From NCBI GenBank assembly GCA_002898395.1, contig BEHE01000001.1, positions 64,001 through 128,000 on the forward strand: a stretch of DNA of 64,000 nucleotides, given 5' to 3'. The translations under genes were made by a program, and so were the position numbers. The notes beneath the pieces were generated by a model, which ran no database searches, was not told the DNA's origin, and saw only the letters and a program-made list of their open reading frames with translations. The stretch is from Candidatus Calditenuaceae archaeon HR02 (GTDB lineage: Archaea > Thermoproteota > Nitrososphaeria_A > Caldarchaeales > Calditenuaceae). Of the stretch, positions 9,802 to 18,765 are shown piece by piece (positions within the stretch are counted from its first letter, which is position 1; each line of letters starts with the position of its first letter).

Positions 9802-10344
9802 ATGCGCTTCTCGTGGTCAAGGGAGTCAAAGCTATGGTCGAAGATCGAGGAGGTGTCACTCAGCCTCTCGGTCTTAAACAAAAAACTCTCAGCGAGAGTA
9901 GACCAGATGAGTAGAAGAAACAGAGACCTATTCGAAGCGTGTGTCAAGGCCTATCAGGAAGGTGACACGGAGAGGGCCGCAGTCTACGCATCTGAGCTAT
10001 CCCAGCTCCGAAAAACATTCAATAACACCCTGCGGTGCCAGCTCTCCCTAGAGGCGGTGATATATAGGCTTGCCACGGTAAAAGACCTCGGCGACGTGAA
10101 AATGGCCTTACAGCCGATTAAAGGGATCGTGTCTAAGATTGGTGAGGACCTTCAAGGCGCCCTGCCAGAGGTTAGCGGGCGAGTATTACGGGTTCAGGAA
10201 CTAATCGACGACGTTGCACTCGAGATCGGCTCCGCTGACGATATTGGTTATTCAAAGTTTGAGGCCACGGATGACGAGGCAAGGCGTATTTTGGCTGAGG
10301 CCGCTGCCGTAGCTAGTCGAAGAGGGGAGCGGAACATAGCCTGA
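9802..10344 (+). CDS. ESCRT-III/Snf7 family protein (CdvB paralog without winged helix)
   Basis: DLFEACVKA...RAAVYASELSQLRK...LEAVIYRL..LGDV and EARRILAEAA match the CdvB pattern. Confidence 0.8.
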   Translation: MRFSWSRESKLWSKIEEVSLSLSVLNKKLSARVDQMSRRNRDLFEACVKAYQEGDTERAAVYASELSQLRKTFNNTLRCQLSLEAVIYRLATVKDLGDVKMALQPIKGIVSKIGEDLQGALPEVSGRVLRVQELIDDVALEIGSADDIGYSKFEATDDEARRILAEAAAVASRRGERNIA

Positions 10345-10383
10345 GCATGCAAAGATTTATTCGGAGGAGGCGCTAATAGGCAT

Positions 10384-10851
10384 GTGGAGATGAAAATAAA
10401 GCGATCGTCAGGGGCAGTAGTGTTCAACGACTCCATCGGCGAGAACTATTATCTCGTGCTGTTATATGGTGGTGGTCACTGGGATTTTCCGAAAGGCGGT
10501 ATAGAGGAAGGAGAGTCGGAGATAGAGACTGCACTAAGGGAGATTAGAGAGGAGACAAGTCTGCAGAATGTTCAGATCATCGAGGGGTTTAAACGGATTA
10601 TAAGCTATACTTACAAAAGTGACGACGACACAGTATATAAGACGGTCACATTTTTTCTGGGGAGGACCAATGAGTTTCGAGTCACTCTCAGTAAGGAGCA
10701 TAAAGCTTATGCCTGGCTAAAATATCCGGATGCACTAACGCAGCTCACTTTTAGGACGGCGAAGCAAGTCTTAATGGATGCCGAGGAATTCCTTAGGAAG
10801 AACCACTTCACCCATGGTGGCGGGAGATCACCCATCCGGAATATGAGTTGA
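10384..10851 (+). CDS. NUDIX hydrolase, Ap4A hydrolase-like
   Basis: HWDFPKGGIEEGESEIETALREIREET, LSKEH..YAW. Confidence 0.9.
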   Translation: MEMKIKRSSGAVVFNDSIGENYYLVLLYGGGHWDFPKGGIEEGESEIETALREIREETSLQNVQIIEGFKRIISYTYKSDDDTVYKTVTFFLGRTNEFRVTLSKEHKAYAWLKYPDALTQLTFRTAKQVLMDAEEFLRKNHFTHGGGRSPIRNMS

Positions 10852-10857
10852 AGAGAT

Positions 10858-12564
10858 ATGAGATTAGCCGCATCACTACTACTTCTAGTGCTCGTTTTAT
10901 CACAGCTAGGTTTAGGACAGGGGCAGGGAGAAAGCCTCACTGTCAGAGTGTTTGACATTTCTGGGAGCCCGCGAGGGGGTGTGGAGCTCAGACTATCAAA
11001 CTCCACGTTTACGAGGATGTTTGAGACAACAGCACAGGGCGTTGCGGAGTTCAGGCTAATTGCGCCAGGAGTATACAATCTATCAGCCCTCGTGGACGGT
11101 ATTGTGGTTGCTCAAACGACTATCTCTTTCCCAGCGCAGACCCGCGTCAATCTCACACTTCATATACAGAATATAGACCTGTTGATCTATGACTTAGATG
11201 GGAGGCCGGCGAGTGGCGTTTCTATTGAGTTAAAATCGGAGAATGGCCCGGTCATACGCCGAGGCTCAACCGATTCTAACGGCAAAGTCTCGATACGTGA
11301 CCTACCCTTCTCAAACCTATCCCAAGTCGGCCCCTACAGGGTTTTAGGTAGGCTGGGGGAAGTTACCGTCCTCAACTCGACCATAAGCGTGACTCCACAG
11401 GTCTCCGAATATAGTCTAACCGCCGAGATCATCAAGGTGGGGATAACTATTCTCGACTACAGAGGCGGAGCCGTGAATGCAACCCTGAAACTAAGCTCCG
11501 AGAGCCTAAACTTCTCCACATCCCTTGCGGCTGGGAAGACGTATAATATACCCTCTTCTAAGGTTGCCGGCCCATACATTATCGAGGCCTCCAAGCGATA
11601 TTCACCACAAGCACCGGAGATACTCCTATTCAAGGAGACGGCTTTGCTTGACAGGAGCCAGAACCTGACATATGTGCTTGACCTCTCAGACATGGTCGTC
11701 GTTGTAAGAGATGATGCAGGGTCGGCGGTTCGGGGCCTCCGGGTCCTCATAGAATCTGAGAAACTCGGCGTGTTGGGTTCGTCAACAACTAGTACTAGCG
11801 GAGAGGCCACATTCTCCGCTATACCCTTTAGCGAGGGGCGACCTGGTGCGGGGGTCTACCGCATAACAGTTTACAAAGACAGTTTCCGGCTCGGTGTAAT
11901 GGATGTAAACCTGGTTCCTGGGTTTGAGATGGTTACCGTAACTGTGAATCGTGTTGAGACCATGCTTTATATACATACTCCGAGAGGCCAACCTCTTCCA
12001 AATGCAACCATAACACTCTTAGACCCCTCAACGAGAAGAATATACACGGCGACCAGTGATTCTGAGGGGAGAGCGGCCTTATACCTGATCCCAGGGGCGC
12101 ATCATTACTCTGTGACCTATATGGGCGTAGAAGTTGCTAGTGGGGATGTGAATGCCACGGTGCCACGGATATTGATACAAGCCACTAAAGTTGATATCGA
12201 GTTTAGGGTACGGGTCAGTGACTGGGCTGGGAATGTATTGAGAGACGCGAAGGTCTCTATAGTTTGGAGGGGCCAAGAGCTCGAAAGCGTGAGGCAGGAT
12301 GATGGTTCTATACAGGCCAGAGTACCCGTAGCGGGCGAGGTACAAGTCAACATTTATCTCGATGACTCTCTTGTAGAGCGGAGGCTTGTCTGGGTAAGCT
12401 CTCCCACGCTGTTTGAGACCAGACTGAGGGGGGTGCTTGTAGGTGGTAGATTGGTCGACATTGAGGCTGTTTCCTCCACCGTAGCTGGCGTTTTCCTGGC
12501 CATCTCCGCAGCATCTATATTCATCCTGTGGAGGCACAGGGCATCTAGGGTTACGGTGCGATAG
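10858..12564 (+). CDS. Cell-surface protein with tandem beta-sandwich (carboxypeptidase-regulatory/transthyretin-like) repeats
   Basis: Signal peptide, 5-6 repeats of V-x-D-x-x-G-x-P...T-D-x-x-G, C-terminal TM helix with basic tail. Confidence 0.7.
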   Translation: MRLAASLLLLVLVLSQLGLGQGQGESLTVRVFDISGSPRGGVELRLSNSTFTRMFETTAQGVAEFRLIAPGVYNLSALVDGIVVAQTTISFPAQTRVNLTLHIQNIDLLIYDLDGRPASGVSIELKSENGPVIRRGSTDSNGKVSIRDLPFSNLSQVGPYRVLGRLGEVTVLNSTISVTPQVSEYSLTAEIIKVGITILDYRGGAVNATLKLSSESLNFSTSLAAGKTYNIPSSKVAGPYIIEASKRYSPQAPEILLFKETALLDRSQNLTYVLDLSDMVVVVRDDAGSAVRGLRVLIESEKLGVLGSSTTSTSGEATFSAIPFSEGRPGAGVYRITVYKDSFRLGVMDVNLVPGFEMVTVTVNRVETMLYIHTPRGQPLPNATITLLDPSTRRIYTATSDSEGRAALYLIPGAHHYSVTYMGVEVASGDVNATVPRILIQATKVDIEFRVRVSDWAGNVLRDAKVSIVWRGQELESVRQDDGSIQARVPVAGEVQVNIYLDDSLVERRLVWVSSPTLFETRLRGVLVGGRLVDIEAVSSTVAGVFLAISAASIFILWRHRASRVTVR

Positions 12565-12565
12565 G

Positions 12566-13594
12566 CTACCTGTGCCGGACTCGAGGGTCAATGAGCGGTG
12601 CTATGAGGTCTAGTATGAAGACTGACAATGTTATCACGATGCATGAGAGGAGAGCCACAGCCGCAAGCAGGTTATAGTCGAAAGCTGTGATGGCTCTGTA
12701 GATAAGATAGCCCATGCCAGGGTAGGCGAAGAGAATCTCCGTTATAAGTGCTCCACCAAGTATCTGACCCATTTGGAGGGTCAGGAGTGTGATCTGTGTA
12801 AGGCTGATTTCACCCCAGAGATGCCTCCTCCTAATCTCACTCTCCCTCACACCCATCAGCCGGGTGAATTGGACGTGATCTTCAGTTATTTTCACTCGGG
12901 TGGCCGAGTAGGCGCTGAGGAAAAACCAGCCGAGGCTGACAGGTATTATGAGTGATAGTGCCGGCAGGGTGGCGTGGTAAAGTATGTTGAGGACCAATGC
13001 TAAGTTGTGTAGGGGGTCTTCGGTGAGGCGCGGGGGGACTACGCTAACTCCTCCGCCGAGGGGGAAGACCGGAACCAAGTACGCGAAAAGGAAGATCAGT
13101 ACGAGGCCGAATAGGTAGTACGGAATTGGGTACAGCACAGAGGATAGCCCTATCAGGAGCTTGGAGAGGGTTTTCGAGGGAGCAGAGCCTGAGAAAATGC
13201 CCATCAGGGTCCCTGCAAGCCAAGAGATGACTATGCTTAGAGAAAGTAGACCTATTGTCCATGGAAGAGCCCTCAGAATCAGCACAGAGACTGGGGTTGG
13301 GAAGCTAACTAGGGATGGCCCAAAGTCAAAGGTGAAAAGCCTCCTCCACACTTCAAGATAATGTGACCATAAATCTCCCTCAAGACCGTAAAAGCTTAGC
13401 CAAGCACTCCGAAGCCTCTCAGCCTCCTCTGGGTAGCGCACGATGCCTAATTGAAAGGCCTGCTGAAGACGAGCCTCAACCGCGCCTAACGGGGCTAGCC
13501 GCAAGATAATGAAGATGACATTGATGCCTAAGAAGATGTTAAGCCAAGCCGCGAACACCCGGTGACCGACATATTTCCAACTTAACGCGGCCAT
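12566..13594 (-). CDS. Family-5 (Dpp/Opp-type) ABC permease, DppB-like, stand-alone copy
   Basis: FGPSLVSFPTPV, LPWTIGL, TEILFAYPGMG, IDPRVR. Confidence 0.88.
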   Translation of the reverse strand: MAALSWKYVGHRVFAAWLNIFLGINVIFIILRLAPLGAVEARLQQAFQLGIVRYPEEAERLRSAWLSFYGLEGDLWSHYLEVWRRLFTFDFGPSLVSFPTPVSVLILRALPWTIGLLSLSIVISWLAGTLMGIFSGSAPSKTLSKLLIGLSSVLYPIPYYLFGLVLIFLFAYLVPVFPLGGGVSVVPPRLTEDPLHNLALVLNILYHATLPALSLIIPVSLGWFFLSAYSATRVKITEDHVQFTRLMGVRESEIRRRHLWGEISLTQITLLTLQMGQILGGALITEILFAYPGMGYLIYRAITAFDYNLLAAVALLSCIVITLSVFILDLIAPLIDPRVRHR

Positions 13595-13694
13595 GCCCCC
13601 ATGTACTCCGCTATGTTTACATCAAGTGGCGTGGATATATCTCCATTCTCAACTTTTATATTTTACATGAGATTCTTAGTCACTGCGGTGTTTA

Positions 13695-14774
13695 GTGTTG
13701 GAAGAAGTTAGGGTTGGAGTAATAGGTGTTGGTGGGCATGGCAGGGGACGACACCTCATACCTTTAGCCCGGACTCCTGGGGCGAGGGTTGTTGCGGCCT
13801 GTGACACCAACTCCGCGACGCTCGAGAATGTCTGTAGGGAGTTTCGCCTAGTAGGATATACGGATTTTAAGGAGATGATTGATAGAGAGGGGTTAGAGGC
13901 CGTAAGCATAGCCACTCCCTCCGGACTCCATCACAGGATTGCACTAGAGTGTCTCCGGAGAGGAGTCCATGTGTTAGTCGATAAGCCTCTAGGAGCAAAT
14001 CTCCAAGAAGTTGTTGAAGTGGTGAAGGCGGCGAAGCATCATAATAGAGTGCTTATGGTTGGGTTCTGGTCTAGGTTCTCTCCCGCTCTCAGGTATGGGG
14101 TTGAGCTCTACGAGTCGGGCAGTCTAGGCGAGCCCTACTACGCTTACGGATACCTCGTGAGGCGGAGAGGAATACCAGGCAAGCCTACCTTCATCGATAA
14201 GGAGCTCTCAGGGGGGAGAGGAGTGCTCCTAGACATAGGCTGCTACATGCTCGACAACATACTGGCGTTAACAGGTTTCAGAAAACCAGTGGCAGCTAGC
14301 GGCGCGGTCTACACAAAGTTTGGTAAAAATCCCGAAGAAGTAAAGTTTAACTGGGGGTCATGGAACCCCGACGAATTCGAGCTCGAGGACTTCGCCGCGG
14401 GATTCGTGAGGTTTGAGGGGGGTTTAACCCTATGTATAGAGACCGCCTGGGCTGCTAACGTCTCACACAGGGGCGAGGTAGGGAGGCTCAGGGTTCTAGG
14501 CGACAAGGGCGGGATAGAGGCTGAGGGGCATGAAGCCATCCAAGACATAGGGTTCTACTCTAGGACGGCAAACTTCTTGACCGACGTTAAGCCCGCCCTC
14601 CCCAGCATCGACCTCCCCCTCGAGATGACGAAGGCCTTCGTCAGGGCTGTTCAGGAGAAGGCAGAGCCGCCGGTAACAGGGTGGCAGAGCGTTATACTCC
14701 ACGCCATAATAGACGCAATCTACGAGTCATCTAACACGGGAAGGGAAGTAAGAATATCCCTTCCCACAATCTAG
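13695..14774 (+). CDS. Gfo/Idh/MocA family oxidoreductase
   Basis: GVIGVGGHG, ATPSGLH, VDKP, G-V-LLDIGCY. Confidence 0.9.
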   Translation: MLEEVRVGVIGVGGHGRGRHLIPLARTPGARVVAACDTNSATLENVCREFRLVGYTDFKEMIDREGLEAVSIATPSGLHHRIALECLRRGVHVLVDKPLGANLQEVVEVVKAAKHHNRVLMVGFWSRFSPALRYGVELYESGSLGEPYYAYGYLVRRRGIPGKPTFIDKELSGGRGVLLDIGCYMLDNILALTGFRKPVAASGAVYTKFGKNPEEVKFNWGSWNPDEFELEDFAAGFVRFEGGLTLCIETAWAANVSHRGEVGRLRVLGDKGGIEAEGHEAIQDIGFYSRTANFLTDVKPALPSIDLPLEMTKAFVRAVQEKAEPPVTGWQSVILHAIIDAIYESSNTGREVRISLPTI

Positions 14775-15751
14775 TGTTTCTCATCAGAGTAGAGCCAACA
14801 GGCAACTTCCACTCCACCACTAGTTCTGGTCAATGGCGGAGCCTTCTTCTTACAAATCTCCATAACGTAGGGACACCTATCTGCAAATTTGCAGCCGGGG
14901 AGGAGATACTCCTCAACCTCAGTTACCGCCACCCTAACCTTTCCAGCCCACTTTCTGTCTACCCTAGGTATCGAGTCGATCAGGAGCTGGGTGTAGGGGT
15001 GGAGCGGCTCTCTGAAGATGGCCTCAGCCTCCCCTATCTCGGCGAATGATCCCTTATACATCACCGCTATCCTGTCGCTAATGTAGTAGGCCGTGGCTAG
15101 GTCGTGCGTGATGTAGATGAAGTTTATCCCCAGGTCTTCCTTGAGCTGCTTGAATATGTTAAGAATCCCCATCCTTAGGGAGGCGTCAATCATTGAGACG
15201 GGTTCATCCGCCACAATTAGCTTCGGCCGTGGAATAATTGCTCTCGCTATTGATAGCCTCTGGACCTGGCCGCCGGAAAGCTCGTAGGGCGACCTATCCG
15301 CGATATCTGGTGAGAGGCGCACGGCCTCGAGGGCTTGGTTCACCCGCTCCACGGCCTCATACTTGTCCCTGACCCCCGCAACATTGACCGCGGTATGGAT
15401 TAGATATGGGTACACCTTCCTAAGGGGGTTGAAGCTCTCAAAGGGGTTCTGGAAAACAGGCTGAATAATCCTCGGCAGCCATCTACTCCTCTCCTTTGAA
15501 GAGAGCTCTAACACTCGCTTACCCAGAATTTCAATACTTCCAGAGGTCGGCTCTATGAGGTTCAGAATCATTCTAGCTAGCGTCGTCTTACCGCACCCGC
15601 TCTCGCCAACTATTGTAAATATACTTGCCGAGTCTCCTCCAAGCGTGAAGGATACGTCGTCAACTGCCCTGAACTTTTTCCCGAAAAATAGACCACCCGT
15701 CTTGAATATCTTTGTGAGATTCTCGACTTTAAGGATGCTGTTCTCACCCAT
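14771..15751 (-). CDS. ABC transporter ATPase (DppF-like)
   Basis: GESGCGKT, LSGGQ, ADEP, C-terminal CKFADRC...VAC. Confidence 0.93.
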   Translation of the reverse strand: MGENSILKVENLTKIFKTGGLFFGKKFRAVDDVSFTLGGDSASIFTIVGESGCGKTTLARMILNLIEPTSGSIEILGKRVLELSSKERSRWLPRIIQPVFQNPFESFNPLRKVYPYLIHTAVNVAGVRDKYEAVERVNQALEAVRLSPDIADRSPYELSGGQVQRLSIARAIIPRPKLIVADEPVSMIDASLRMGILNIFKQLKEDLGINFIYITHDLATAYYISDRIAVMYKGSFAEIGEAEAIFREPLHPYTQLLIDSIPRVDRKWAGKVRVAVTEVEEYLLPGCKFADRCPYVMEICKKKAPPLTRTSGGVEVACWLYSDEKH

Positions 15752-16741
15752 CTACTTTTTTCCCTCCTCCAAGAGCCAGCAGGCCACCTCTCGGTCGCCA
15801 AACTTGAGGAGGGGCGGCTCCTCCCTTGAGCACTTCTCCATCCTGTAGGGGCATCGAGGATGGAACCTGCAACCGGGGGGTGGGTTGGCGAGGCTGGGTG
15901 GTAGACCTGAAAGCCCTTCAAGCCTTTTAGATCCACCTATGCGCGGCAGAGAATTGATAAGGCCCTCGGTGTATGGGTGGAGGGGTTCTTTAAACACGTC
16001 ATCAGTCTTACCAACCTCTATTATCTTCCCTGCATACATAAGAGCTATCCTATCTGTCACCTGGTAGTGAAGCCCCATGTCATGTGAGACAAGAATGAAT
16101 GAGGTCCCGTACATTTCTCTGATCTTCTGTATCATCTCTACAACTCCTCTCTGATAGACGACGTCAAGGGCAGAGGTTGGCTCATCGGCTAGCACTATGC
16201 TTGGGTTCATTATAGTTGCCAGTGCGATAACCGTCCTCTGACGCATGCCCCCGCTGAGCTGGTGGGGATAGGAGTTTAGGATGCTCTCGCGAAGACCAAG
16301 TTCTCGCAACCTATCCTTCACTTGCTGAAGAGCCTCCTCTTTCTTAACTCCCCCATACTTCTGGAAAATCTCGAGGAACTGGCCTCTTATCCTTGAAGTC
16401 GGATTAAGGACGGACATCGAGCCTTGAGGGATATAAGATATTACCTTAGCCCGCATCTCTCTCAGCTTGGCCTCGCTTAGGCTGTAGAGGTCGACCATCT
16501 CTCCGCTTGTCGCTTGAAGCCGCACAACCCCCGATAAAACTCTAAGGGGCGGAGTCACGTCCCTGTATATCGTCCTCATCAGGGTGGTTTTACCGCATCC
16601 AGACTCTCCGGCCAGTCCAACAATCTCACCCCTCCCAACAGTTAGATTAACATTATCCACCGCCCTCACCCTAATATCGTTTCCGAGCACATAGTGAGCT
16701 GTAACGCCCCTGCAATCCAGCACAAGATTGTTCACTGACAT
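15752..16741 (-). CDS. ABC transporter ATPase (DppD-like)
   Basis: GESGCGKT, LSGGMRQR, ADEPT, HPYT, CRFHPRC. Confidence 0.93.
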   Translation of the reverse strand: MSVNNLVLDCRGVTAHYVLGNDIRVRAVDNVNLTVGRGEIVGLAGESGCGKTTLMRTIYRDVTPPLRVLSGVVRLQATSGEMVDLYSLSEAKLREMRAKVISYIPQGSMSVLNPTSRIRGQFLEIFQKYGGVKKEEALQQVKDRLRELGLRESILNSYPHQLSGGMRQRTVIALATIMNPSIVLADEPTSALDVVYQRGVVEMIQKIREMYGTSFILVSHDMGLHYQVTDRIALMYAGKIIEVGKTDDVFKEPLHPYTEGLINSLPRIGGSKRLEGLSGLPPSLANPPPGCRFHPRCPYRMEKCSREEPPLLKFGDREVACWLLEEGKK

Positions 16742-16751
16742 TCTGGGACTT

Positions 16752-17672
16752 TCACCCCCTCGCCTGCCACCTTAGACGTGGGTTAGAATAGTCTGAGATG
16801 CCTTTCGATATTAGGAAGAGGGAGACGAATACGAGTATTATCGTTATAACTGGTGAGATAAGCCACCACCAAAGACCCCTGAATAGGGCTGAGTAGTTAA
16901 GGGCCCAGTATATCATGACACCGAGCGTCGCCTCGCTAAGTATTGAGACACCTATGACCGCTAGCGCAGCCTCGCTTGATATGGCGAAGAGTACCGTGTT
17001 CGTCAGGTTTACTAGGTGCCAGGGGATGATGAAGGGTAGATAGTCTCTGAAGACGCGGCCCATCACTCCGTAGCCCGAGAAGATTGATGTCGCAATAAAG
17101 TCACGCTCCCGTAGTGAGAGGACCATCGCTCTCACCTGTCTAGACGGCCATGGCCATGAGAAGATGCTTATTATCAAGCCCATGAGGGGAATAGTCATTA
17201 CATCTCTCAATAAGACAGCAAGAAGAATTAGGGTGGGAAGCGAAGGTATAACCACGAAGGAGTCTGTCAAGATCATGAGCATTCTGTCGGCCAGCCCACC
17301 CCTCGCCCCTGCAAGCATACCGAGTATAAGTCCTATGTGAGAGGCGACCATCGCTGTTATTAGGCCGATAATGAGAGAGTTCTTAATGCTCCACGTCAGG
17401 AGCCAGAATACATCCTGCCCATTCGTGGTTGTGCCTAAGAGGAACTCGAGGCCCGGTGGCCTGTTAGGCGGCACCAGATACCAGCGCCGTGGGTCAAAGG
17501 GTGAGAAAGAGCTGACACCAACACCTAGCATAATCATTACGGCAAATATCACAAGCCCAACTCTGAAGGAGCGGCTGGCCCTGAAAACTTCAAGGAATAT
17601 GTTTGAGAACCTTGCGAGGCCTATCCCTAAAAATTTTAATGCGTCAACCCCAGTGCGAGGTATTAGGGTCAA
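16752..17672 (-). CDS. ABC transporter permease (DppC-like)
   Basis: LLGTTTNGQDVF, VRAMVLSLRERDF, NPRLR. Confidence 0.9.
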   Translation of the reverse strand: MTLIPRTGVDALKFLGIGLARFSNIFLEVFRASRSFRVGLVIFAVMIMLGVGVSSFSPFDPRRWYLVPPNRPPGLEFLLGTTTNGQDVFWLLTWSIKNSLIIGLITAMVASHIGLILGMLAGARGGLADRMLMILTDSFVVIPSLPTLILLAVLLRDVMTIPLMGLIISIFSWPWPSRQVRAMVLSLRERDFIATSIFSGYGVMGRVFRDYLPFIIPWHLVNLTNTVLFAISSEAALAVIGVSILSEATLGVMIYWALNYSALFRGLWWWLISPVITIILVFVSLFLISKGISDYSNPRLRWQARG

Positions 17673-17681
17673 CTCGCCGCC

Positions 17682-18689
17682 TCACCTATACCTTACAGTG
17701 GGGTCTATTAAGGGATATAGCAGGTCAAGGAGAAGCGTGGCAAGCGAAACGCCGAGGATAGAGAGTAGAGATATGCCCATTATCATGTTGTAGTCGTTGT
17801 TAATGATTGCTTGATATAATAGACGACCTAGGCCCGGATATGCGTAGACAACTTCGGTTAAGAGTGCGCCACTGAAGATTCCTCCGAGGGCTAGTCCCAA
17901 GGCGGTGGTTTGGGGCATGAGAATATTCCTGATCAGGTAGCGCTTCAGCACAACACCGTTAGGCAGCCCCTTTAGCTCGGCGTATCTTACAAAGTCTTCA
18001 GTCTTTTTCTGGCTTGTGAGTGTGAAGGAGGAGAGGAACCACCAGCCCAGCGTCCCCGGTATGATTATAGATATTGCCGGAAGCGCCGCGTGCTTTGCCA
18101 AGTTTAATACGAGGTCTAAGCTAAATCCCACACCCACAATAGTTATTCCACCACCCAGTGGGAAGATAGGTATCAGAAATGCGAATACGAACATTAGGAC
18201 TAGGGCGAGGATGAAGTAGGGTACTGGATAAAGGATGACTGCCATACCTGTTAGTACTTTCGAGAACCTCTTGTGGCTGAAGAAACTGGAGATCGTGCCG
18301 ATAATGTTTCCAAGCGTCCAAGAGATGAGCACAGAGAGTGTTAGCAGGCCGAGAGTCCAGGGGAGCGCGATGCTTATTAAAGTGGCAACGGGTGTTGGGA
18401 AGCTCATGATCGATGGTCCCAAGTCGAGTGTAAGTAGTCGACGCCAGACACCGATGTATTGCTCAACGGGGTTTCCCTTCAGGCCATATAGCTCGTATAA
18501 CGTCTGTCTAAGACTCTCTATCGCGGTTGGGTCGTAAAATTGTCCAATCGAGTAGATGAAGCCTATCTGTGCCTCAACAGGATTATAGGGTAGGAGCCTC
18601 GGTATCACGAAGACTACAGTTACACCTATTACAACGGTAAGGACAAAGGCCACAATCCTCGAAGCAATGAATATAAGCAGCTTGCTCAA
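17682..18689 (-). CDS. ABC transporter permease (DppB-like)
   Basis: DLGPSIMSFP, FVRYAELKGL, TEVVYAYPGLG, IDPTVR. Confidence 0.9.
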   Translation of the reverse strand: MSKLLIFIASRIVAFVLTVVIGVTVVFVIPRLLPYNPVEAQIGFIYSIGQFYDPTAIESLRQTLYELYGLKGNPVEQYIGVWRRLLTLDLGPSIMSFPTPVATLISIALPWTLGLLTLSVLISWTLGNIIGTISSFFSHKRFSKVLTGMAVILYPVPYFILALVLMFVFAFLIPIFPLGGGITIVGVGFSLDLVLNLAKHAALPAISIIIPGTLGWWFLSSFTLTSQKKTEDFVRYAELKGLPNGVVLKRYLIRNILMPQTTALGLALGGIFSGALLTEVVYAYPGLGRLLYQAIINNDYNMIMGISLLSILGVSLATLLLDLLYPLIDPTVRYR

Positions 18690-18765
18690 GCGTCCCCGTT
18701 AATTTAAGGCTGATAACTTGAATATATATCTTACATAATAAATCAGAAAATAAAAAATCAGATGT

